A stretch of 64,000 bases of DNA, from IMG/VR virus record IMGVR_UViG_3300045135_001635. One strand, written 5' to 3'. The translations under genes were made by a program, and so were the position numbers. The notes under the pieces were generated by a model. That model ran no database searches, had not been told where the DNA came from, and worked only from the letters and a program-made list of their open reading frames with translations. Positions 18,719 to 27,600 of this stretch are shown piece by piece. Positions within the stretch are counted from its first letter, which is position 1. The number at the start of each line of letters is the position of its first letter. Origin of the DNA: a virus.

Positions 18719-21700
18719 TTAGTTTACTAACTGACCGTCAACGCGATATACGTTGATACGGTAATGACTTGGATCGTTTCCGCCCAAGTTATCAGCATCG
18801 TGAGTAACTAACTGAGCACGAACTTCAGATTCATCAATCTCGATTACACCAGTTACTGGAGAATATGTGATACATAAACCACCAGAAAGATCTGATTTGA
18901 TTTGACCAGGAAGATCGATAAGACCTTGCTCGACAGTATTCATTTCAGATTCTAACGTACCGATACGACCGCCGTGATCTACTAAAGTACCTTCAGCAGT
19001 ATTCAGACGACCACCAGCATTGATAGCTTGTAAGCCAGAAACGTCAGCTTGAAGCGTATCAATATCAGCAGCATTCGAGCTAACTAAACCAGTCAACGTA
19101 CCATCAGCGCCTTGGAACGCAGTAACGATTTCTGCTAATGAGTTAAGAGCAGTTTCGTCTGTGTTAGACAAGAGGTTGTTGATTTGATTTTGTAGCCCAC
19201 CTTCAACACCAGTAGCACGTAATGTCTCAGCTTCGATCTTAGCGTTTAGGTCTGAATCAGCACCAATCCACTCAAGACGATCTGAATCTAAACGACTTTC
19301 GACCGTATCCATCTCATCTTCGAGAGTAGTTACACGCGCATCCAATGCTGAATCAGCGCCAATCCACTCAAGACGATCTGAATCTAAACGATCGCTTAGT
19401 GAAACGTCTTCAGCTTCGAGAGCTGTTACGCGTACATCTAAGTCTGAATCTGCAGCTTTCAATTCTGGAATCTGAATATTCGTGATCGGAGCAGCAATAC
19501 CGTCTGTATAAGAATTAGAAGATGTAACACCTTGCGCAACTTTAGTATCAGTATACGCTTTAGCAGCTTCCAATGTATCGCTATCACCAGATTCGATTGG
19601 AAGTGCTTGTACAGAACCCTGTAAGCTATCCAATTGACTTTGTAGTGAAGCATCACCAGTGTTAGCGTGAGCCTTCGCAGAAGCCAATGTAACTGAATCA
19701 CCAGCAATACGAGCATCTACTTCAGCGTCGATAAGACCTATTACTAATGCGTGTTTAGAAGATAAATCAACATTGATGTTACCGATCTCCGAAACACGTT
19801 GACTCATCGCAAGTTCAAGATCATCAATATCTTGTTCAGCTGCGGTAAGACGTGAAGTGTTAGCGTCAATTAGATCTTGTAAATTACCATCAACGCCTTG
19901 GAAGGCATCAACTACTTCTTTCAAAGAATCTAAATCTACAGTAGAACCATCTAAGATAGCATCAACACGCGAATCAACAGCTTGGATGGCATCGTTCAAT
20001 GCGCTATCGCCAGTACCGAAATCAGTACGCGCAGAAGCTAGACCAGAGGTCAATGAATTGATTGCAGACTGCAACTGTTGATCAGCAGTGCTACGATCAG
20101 ATACTTCCTGAGCAATCGCATCAGCGTTTGCTTGGATAGCTGTATCTTGAGTAGCGTCTTTCGCTTGACCTGAAGCTTCGATAGCATCAGCATACGCTTT
20201 TGCAGAAGCAAGAGTCGCAGAGTCACCAGCTACAAGAGCGTCATTCAACGCACTGTCACCAGCACTATAACCTTGTTCAACTGTCGCTTTATGTGCATCA
20301 GCGTGTGCCTTCGCAGCAGCAAGTGTTACTGCGTCTTGTGCGTCAGCGTGCGCCTTTGCAGCAGCAAGTGTATCGCTGTCACCAGATTCGATTGGAAGTG
20401 AAGCGACATCCCCACTCAACGCATCGATTTGGTTTTGTAATGAAGTATCAGCATTTGCGCGAGCAACTGCTTCAGCATCAATGTTATCTTGTAACACACC
20501 ATCAGCAGCGATACGAGCAGATTCTTCAGCCGTTAATCCAGAAGCATTATTGGTGATAAGAGATTGAATGTCACTATCAGCATTCTCAAACGCAGATACA
20601 ATTTCTACGATTGTGTCTAGAGACTCGCCAGCACCATTTAAGATTGCGTCAACACGTCCACTTACAGTATCGATGTTATCTTGCAACACGCCATCAGCAG
20701 CAATACGATCAGTTACTTCGTTAGAAATAGCTAATGCATTTGCGTCAATATCCACTCGATGATCTGAATCGTTTGACTTAGAAACAATCATATCAGATTC
20801 TAGAACAGACAAACGAGAGTTATGGTCTGAATCGACAACAACACGTTCTTGACGATCTGAATCTAAACGACTACTTAATGCATTATCACCTGCAATGCGG
20901 TCGCTAATCTCTTGAGTCAACGCATCATTTAACGCAGAGTCACCAGCAGAGTACTCGGTTTGAACATTATTAATCTGTGTCTGTAACGCGTCATCGCCTG
21001 CAATGCGGTCGCTAATCTCTTGAGTCAACGCATCATTTAACGCAGAGTCACCAGCAATACGAGCATTTATCTCAACGTCTATTTTAGCATCAAGAACAGA
21101 ATCACCCGCATCAGCATGTGCTTTCGCTGCAGCAAGTGTATCACTATCGCCACTAACAATCTCTTGTTGACGAGTAGTATTAGCAGATTCTAATACAGAT
21201 AAACGTGAACTATTGTCAGTAATTACTGTTTGTAAGTTACCATCAGCACCTTCAAATGCAGTGACAATTTCTTGAAGTGTATCAAGAGTCTCAGGTGAAG
21301 TACCAATAATAGCATCAACTCTTCCGCTTACCACATCAATGTTAGACTGTAATGCGCTATCAGCTAATTGACGAGATTGTGTTTCAGATGTAAGGTCAGA
21401 TCTTAAAGTAGACTCAACACCTTCAGCACGAGATTTTTCTGTTAAGATCGCTTGTGCGTTATCAGAAATCAATACGCCTTGAGCAGAATCAACAGCAGAA
21501 AGTACAGCTTCACGACCGTCTGTGTAATCCTTAGCAGATTGCAGAGTCGCAGCGTCACCAGATACAAGAGCGTCATTCAACGCACTGTCGCCAGATGAGA
21601 TTTCTTGTTGCAAAGAAACTTCTTTACTGTCAGAGTATGCTTTAGCAGATACTAATGTAGCTGCATCTTGTGTATCAGCATATGCCTTAGCAGCAGCTAA

Positions 21701-24559
21701 TGTAGCACTGTCGCCAGATTCGATTGGAAGTGCTTGTACACTACCCTCTAATACATTGATCTGATTCTGTAAATCAGTATCGGCGTTAGAACGAGCTTGA
21801 ATTTCAGCATCAATCTTATCGTCTAAGTCACTGTCGCCAGAAGATGCTTCATCTTTCGCTTGTTGTAGACCACCCTCAAGAGAACTTATGCGTGCTTCGT
21901 TAGAAGATACGTCATTAGATACTTGAGTTATAGCTGAAGAGTTCGCACTAACAGCGCCAGTCAACGTACCGTCGGCTTCTTGGAAAGCAGTAACGATTTC
22001 TGATAAAGAATTAAGAGCATCTGAATCAGTGTTAGCTAAGATGTTGTCGATTTGACCTTGTAATACTAAATCTTTAGCGTCAGCGTGAGCCTTCGCGGCA
22101 GCAAGTACATCGCTATCTTTATCGTCAATCGGTAGGTTCGTTACAGTTTGACTCAACGTGTTCAATTGATTCTGTAAATCAGTATCAGCGTTCGCACGCG
22201 TAACTGCTTCAGCATCAATCTTATCGTCTAAGTCGCTGTCACCAGCAATACGAGCAGCAACTTCAACAGATAATGCGCTGTTTAATGCGTCGTCACCAGT
22301 ACCAATTTCTTGACGGATAGTTACAAGAGAATTGTCGATCTTAGTATCAAGTACTACGTCGCCAGCGTCAGCGTGAGCTTTCGCAGCAGCTAATGTATCA
22401 CTATCGCCTGATTCGATTGGAAGCGCTTGTACAGTATCTTCTAAGCTTCCTAATTGACCTTGTAATACTAAGTCACCAGCGTCAGCGTGAGCTTTCGCAG
22501 CAGCTAATGTAGCACTATCGCCAGCAGGGAAGTCAATCGCGAACTGAGCATCAGCAGCTTCTAAAGCAGCTAAACGGTGATCGTGTACGGCATCAGCAAC
22601 AGTAGAACGAACTATTTCGTCAGCTAAGTCTTGCTCATCGTCACCAACACGACCAGTTAAGGTAGTTAATGAACCGCTTAAAGAAGCCACGTTAATTTCT
22701 AATGTGTCAACGTCAGCTTCAGCGTTAGTTAAACGAGTTCCGTGGTCGGTTACGATACCTTGGATACCAGCATCGGCATCACCAAACGCAGCTACAATTT
22801 CTTGTAATGTGTCTAAGTGCTCAGGAGAAGTTCCTAAGATTGCTTCAACTTTAGCGTCAACTTCACCGATTGAAACGCTTAAATCGCTATCAGCAGACTT
22901 ATAGTCTTGCTCAACGCCGTCTAAATCGCCAGTTAATCCATCAATAGCAGACTGTAATTGCTCATCAGCTTCTGAACGAGCAGTTGCTTCATCAGCAATC
23001 GCTTGAGCGTTAGCAGCAATTAAAACACCTTGATCACTATCTACGCCAGATAATACTAATTCTTTACCGTCAGCGTAATCTTTAGCAGAAGCCAATGTAT
23101 CAGAATCACCAGAAACAATATCAGCAGCGTTTTTAGCGATAGCAACATCTTGAGCGTCATCTCTATCGTTAATTAAACCGATATCAATTTGTAAAGATGA
23201 TTCTTTACCGTCAGCGTAATCTTTAGCAGATTGTAACGTAGCAGAATCGCCAGATACGATATCCGCAGCATTTTTCGCTACAGCTACACCCAAGTCACTA
23301 TCAGCAGACATACGAGCAGCTTCTTCTGCGTCAATAGCAGATTGAAGAACCGCATCACCAGCAATACGAGCAGCTTTTTCAGCAGAATCAGCGCCTTGTA
23401 ATGCTTCGTCGATTGGACCAACGATTGCGTTTACACGCTCGTCTGTAAAGTACTTGTTAGAACCTTCAGCAAGATCGTCTGTAGAAAGAGCGATTTTAGT
23501 CCAAGAAGAACCGTCATACATTTCCCAATGATCGTTTGCTTCATTCCAACGAATCTGAGCAGCATTTTGATCGCCACGTAAAACACGGATACCGCCATTC
23601 TCAGATGGAGCACCAGAAATTACGTTAGAGTTCAAGTCAATGATGTTATCTGCTAATGAGATAGTTTCACTGTTAACTGTAGTTACAGTACCTTGAACAG
23701 TCAAGTTACCGCCAACAGTTACGTCGTCATTGAATACTTTGTCGCCCGAATGAGGATTGTTAACTAAACCGTCTACATAACCTTTGTTAGCAGCTTCGCC
23801 GTCAGTTTGTGGAATCGCTACACCGAAGATACAGTTACCTGACATCTCAATGTCGCCACCAAATTCTGTAGCATTACCGCCAGAAGTTGAGATAGTTTTG
23901 CCAGGAAGCATAACCATATCAGACTTAAAGTCGATAGTTGCGTCGCCAGCATTAAAGTCGATGTTACCACCGCCTGAAGTACCAAATGATAATACCTGAC
24001 CTGGATCAGCGTACATCGTAATCGTACCGTTGTTATCTTCTAAGATTTTAGTACCGTTAATATACAATGATCCAGGACCAATGTAAACGTCACGCCATAC
24101 TTTATCAGGAGAACCTAATGAGTATGTGTTATCAACTGAAGGAACAATATCTTGTGAGATAGAAGAACCGTCAAAAGAAACTTCGTTTCCTGAGACTGAG
24201 ATACCTTCTCCGCCAGTTAAGTCTAGTGACATTTCACCAGTTAGATCATCATATGAAACACCTGTTCCGCCAACGAAAGATCCACGAGCACGTTGCTCAG
24301 TGAAATATAAGTTAGCGCCTTCGCTTACGTCAGTTGTAGAGAAAGAAGAGATGTCAGTAACGCTTTGAGCCGTAAGAGCATCAAATGCTGATACGTTTAG
24401 CGCGTCGACAAAACTTTTATCTACAGTAGCAGTAATCGCTGGCTGTACAGATGAAGCAACAACAGTACCGTCGTTATTGATTACAGTTTGGTTATTAAAG
24501 GACAATTCGCCTTCAATATTCGCACCATTCTGAATTCTAAACTTTTTATTAGTTGCCAT
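18719..24559 (-). CDS. Giant coiled-coil fibre protein (1946 aa), fibritin/whisker position
   Basis: N-terminal beta-rich fibre motifs, then ~1500 aa of Ala/Asp-rich heptads with six L[DN][ST]LxE[IV]V knots; directly upstream of gp13. Confidence 0.75.
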   Translation of the reverse strand: MATNKKFRIQNGANIEGELSFNNQTVINNDGTVVASSVQPAITATVDKSFVDALNVSAFDALTAQSVTDISSFSTTDVSEGANLYFTEQRARGSFVGGTGVSYDDLTGEMSLDLTGGEGISVSGNEVSFDGSSISQDIVPSVDNTYSLGSPDKVWRDVYIGPGSLYINGTKILEDNNGTITMYADPGQVLSFGTSGGGNIDFNAGDATIDFKSDMVMLPGKTISTSGGNATEFGGDIEMSGNCIFGVAIPQTDGEAANKGYVDGLVNNPHSGDKVFNDDVTVGGNLTVQGTVTTVNSETISLADNIIDLNSNVISGAPSENGGIRVLRGDQNAAQIRWNEANDHWEMYDGSSWTKIALSTDDLAEGSNKYFTDERVNAIVGPIDEALQGADSAEKAARIAGDAVLQSAIDAEEAARMSADSDLGVAVAKNAADIVSGDSATLQSAKDYADGKESSLQIDIGLINDRDDAQDVAIAKNAADIVSGDSDTLASAKDYADGKELVLSGVDSDQGVLIAANAQAIADEATARSEADEQLQSAIDGLTGDLDGVEQDYKSADSDLSVSIGEVDAKVEAILGTSPEHLDTLQEIVAAFGDADAGIQGIVTDHGTRLTNAEADVDTLEINVASLSGSLTTLTGRVGDDEQDLADEIVRSTVADAVHDHRLAALEAADAQFAIDFPAGDSATLAAAKAHADAGDLVLQGQLGSLEDTVQALPIESGDSDTLAAAKAHADAGDVVLDTKIDNSLVTIRQEIGTGDDALNSALSVEVAARIAGDSDLDDKIDAEAVTRANADTDLQNQLNTLSQTVTNLPIDDKDSDVLAAAKAHADAKDLVLQGQIDNILANTDSDALNSLSEIVTAFQEADGTLTGAVSANSSAITQVSNDVSSNEARISSLEGGLQQAKDEASSGDSDLDDKIDAEIQARSNADTDLQNQINVLEGSVQALPIESGDSATLAAAKAYADTQDAATLVSAKAYSDSKEVSLQQEISSGDSALNDALVSGDAATLQSAKDYTDGREAVLSAVDSAQGVLISDNAQAILTEKSRAEGVESTLRSDLTSETQSRQLADSALQSNIDVVSGRVDAIIGTSPETLDTLQEIVTAFEGADGNLQTVITDNSSRLSVLESANTTRQQEIVSGDSDTLAAAKAHADAGDSVLDAKIDVEINARIAGDSALNDALTQEISDRIAGDDALQTQINNVQTEYSAGDSALNDALTQEISDRIAGDNALSSRLDSDRQERVVVDSDHNSRLSVLESDMIVSKSNDSDHRVDIDANALAISNEVTDRIAADGVLQDNIDTVSGRVDAILNGAGESLDTIVEIVSAFENADSDIQSLITNNASGLTAEESARIAADGVLQDNIDAEAVARANADTSLQNQIDALSGDVASLPIESGDSDTLAAAKAHADAQDAVTLAAAKAHADAHKATVEQGYSAGDSALNDALVAGDSATLASAKAYADAIEASGQAKDATQDTAIQANADAIAQEVSDRSTADQQLQSAINSLTSGLASARTDFGTGDSALNDAIQAVDSRVDAILDGSTVDLDSLKEVVDAFQGVDGNLQDLIDANTSRLTAAEQDIDDLELAMSQRVSEIGNINVDLSSKHALVIGLIDAEVDARIAGDSVTLASAKAHANTGDASLQSQLDSLQGSVQALPIESGDSDTLEAAKAYTDTKVAQGVTSSNSYTDGIAAPITNIQIPELKAADSDLDVRVTALEAEDVSLSDRLDSDRLEWIGADSALDARVTTLEDEMDTVESRLDSDRLEWIGADSDLNAKIEAETLRATGVEGGLQNQINNLLSNTDETALNSLAEIVTAFQGADGTLTGLVSSNAADIDTLQADVSGLQAINAGGRLNTAEGTLVDHGGRIGTLESEMNTVEQGLIDLPGQIKSDLSGGLCITYSPVTGVIEIDESEVRAQLVTHDADNLGGNDPSHYRINVYRVDGQLVN

Positions 24560-24613
24560 ATGTTTTTTACCCTTATTTTTAAAACACTTATGAGTTTAAT
24601 CTATTTATTATAT

Positions 24614-24646
24614 AAAAGGGTGGGGAGCGAACCCCCCACACTTATA
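24614..24646 (-). terminator. Probable terminator hairpin
   Basis: GTGGGGGG-TTCG-CTCCCCAC-CCTTTT. Confidence 0.7.
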
Positions 24647-24655
24647 ATTTAGATA

Positions 24656-27600
24656 TTAAACGTCCGTGTAAGTAACAGAAGCAGTAACTACCGCACCAGC
24701 TGAAACAGCTGCGTACGTTAATTCTACAACACCATTTACTACACGTACATCAGTGTCACCTAATAGGTCGTCACCAGTATAGATGATGCCGTACTCAGTG
24801 ATATATGCGTTTGTACCGTTATGGATAACTAAACACTCACGAGTTTCGAACTCACCATCCAACTCTACAGTTACAACATACTTCGCTGAACGGTATACGT
24901 CCATTGGGAATGAAGAAACAGTAGTAGATGAAGTACCAACAATAACGTCTGTACCTTGTTGGAATACTTTAACATTCGGAGCAAGAGTTTCTAACGTTAC
25001 AGAACCTGGATCAAGTACGCCAACAGATGTAGATGAAGTCGCAACCAATACTGCTTGAGTACCGACTGGGATAGCACCGTTAAACGTGATTGTACGGTTT
25101 TCTGTATCGATGAAGTAATGTACAGATGGATCCTGAATTACACCACCAACGAATACCATAGCATTCTGTTCAGTTACGTCGAAGTCGATAGCGAATACTG
25201 TTTGAGCACCGTCACCTTGGAATACTTGACGCTTAGAACGTGAGAACGATAATAGGTCTGGAGATACTAACTCGAAACCAGTACCGTCTGTCTTAGCACG
25301 TAATACGAAACCTTCTTTATCAACAATTGAATTGTCAACAACATCAGTAAGTTCAAGTACTGACTTAGATGTATCGATAGAGATTACACCGCCAGACTTA
25401 GATACGTTACCTTCACCAGCAACGTCAACAACGCTAATTGCGTCTTGTGCGCGAGCATCTGTGAAGTACTGGTTAACACCTTCAACAAGATCAGTAGTTG
25501 AGAACTGACTGATGTGTTGAGCAGCAAGACCTGCGTCCAACTGACCTTTGTTAACCGCATCACCAGCAACTGTACCGTTAGCAACACCAGAAACTTTGTT
25601 TCCGCCCATTGCCAATTCGCCTGACATTGTATCGCCAGACTTGCTTACTTTACCGTCTACAGCAGTCTGTAACGCAGTATCAGCATTTTCGCGAGCAGTT
25701 GCTTCAGCAGAAACAGCAGCAACACGAGCAGCAGTCTCATCAGAGATATCTACAGCATTTTGAGCGATGTCAGTTTGGTTTTGTGATACTAAACCAGTTA
25801 ATGTACCGTCAGCGCTTTGGAAAGCATCAACGATTTCAGTTAACGAGTCAAGAGCAGCAGAATCAACGTTTGACTTGATGAAGTCAATTTGACCTTGTAA
25901 TGCTTCGTCAGCAGCTACGCGAGCAGCAGCTTCGTCTACGATTGCTTGAGCGTTATCAGCTACACCAGTAGATAATACACCTTCAGCAGCAACAGCACGA
26001 GCAACTTCAGCGTCTAAGCTTGATTGTAGTGAAGAATCACCAGCAATACGAGCAGCTTCTTCAGCATCGATTTGTGATTGTAAACCAGACTCAACACCTT
26101 CAGCGCGTGATTTCTCAGCACCGATCGCAGCGTCTAATTTAGCATCAGCATCTTTAAGTGAAGTTGAAAGATCTAAGTGGTTTGAACCGCTTGGAGCAAC
26201 ATAAGAACCGTCAGTCGCAAGACCAGCACCTGACTGAGTAGCAGTCATTTCTGTTTCTAAAGCAGTAGCACGGTTTGACAATGCAGCGTCACCAGAAACA
26301 CGAGCACTTTCTTCTGCTGTGATAGCAGATTGTAGTACGTTATCCGCGTTCTCACGAGCAACAGCTTCGTCAGCTACGATTGTGTCAGCGTATACTTTCG
26401 CATTCGCTTCAGCAGTATCAGCTTTAGTAGAAGCATCAGAAGCAGCGTCAGCTTTAACTACCGCGTCAGCAGCAATATAAGCATTTTCTAAAGCAGTGTC
26501 AGCAGCAGCAAACTCACCACGGATTAGGGCTTCTTGACCTTCCGCACGTGATTGTTCTGTAGAGATAGCAATAGCGTTATCAGAAATGTCGCTTTCGTTC
26601 GTAGTTACACGAGCTTCGATTGCGTCAACTTCACCGTGTACTTCGTTAACAGCGCCAACGATGTTTTGTGAAGTAGTATCGAACGCACCAGTACCAACTT
26701 TAGTTTCTAAAGCATCGATGTCTGATTCGTTAGTAGTCAAACGACCATCTTGTTCAGCGTCTTTTGCTTCAGTAGCAGTAGCACGGCTTTCAAGTGAAGT
26801 TGCGCGTCCTTCGACAGCGTCCATCTCACCTTCAAGAACAGATACTTTACCAGCTTCAACGTCTAATTCAGCGTGGATTTCATTAACCGCACCAGATAAG
26901 TCAGTCGCAACAGTTTCTAAAGTAGCAGAGCCAACCTTAGTTTCTAATGCGTCAACGTTACCTTCTTCAGTAGTCATACGACCTTCTAAAGATGTAGCAC
27001 GACCTTCGACAGCGTCCATTTCTGATTCTAAAGTAGAAGCACGTCCTTCGACAGCGTCCATTTCAGATTCTAAAGTAGATACTTTACCAGCTTCAACATT
27101 TAGTTCAGCGTGTACTTCGTTAACCGCAGCAGATAAATCTGTAGCAGAAGTTTCTAATGAAGCAGAACCAACTTTAGTTTCAAGTGAATCAATGTCACCT
27201 TCGTTAACTGTTAAACGACCGCCTTGAGCAGATTGTTCAGTTTCTAAAGCAGTAGCACGACCTTCTAAAGAACCAGCGCGTGTTTCTAAATCAGTAGCGC
27301 GTAATTCAACCGCATCAATGTCGCCTTCGTTTACAGATAAACGACCAGAGTTAGCAGAGATAACAGCTTGGATGTCTGAATCAGCGTCTTCGAAAGCAGA
27401 AACGATTTCTTGTAATGTATCAAGAGTTTCTGGAGAAGTACCGATGATTGCGTCAACACGATCAGTTACTGTATCAACGTCAGTACGTAGACCAGCTTCA
27501 ACGCCAGTTGCGCGTGTTACTTCAGCAGCTAAGTCAGAAGTTAATACACCTTCCGCAGCAGTCGCGCGAGCGATTTCTGAAGATAGGTCTGAATCTAAGT

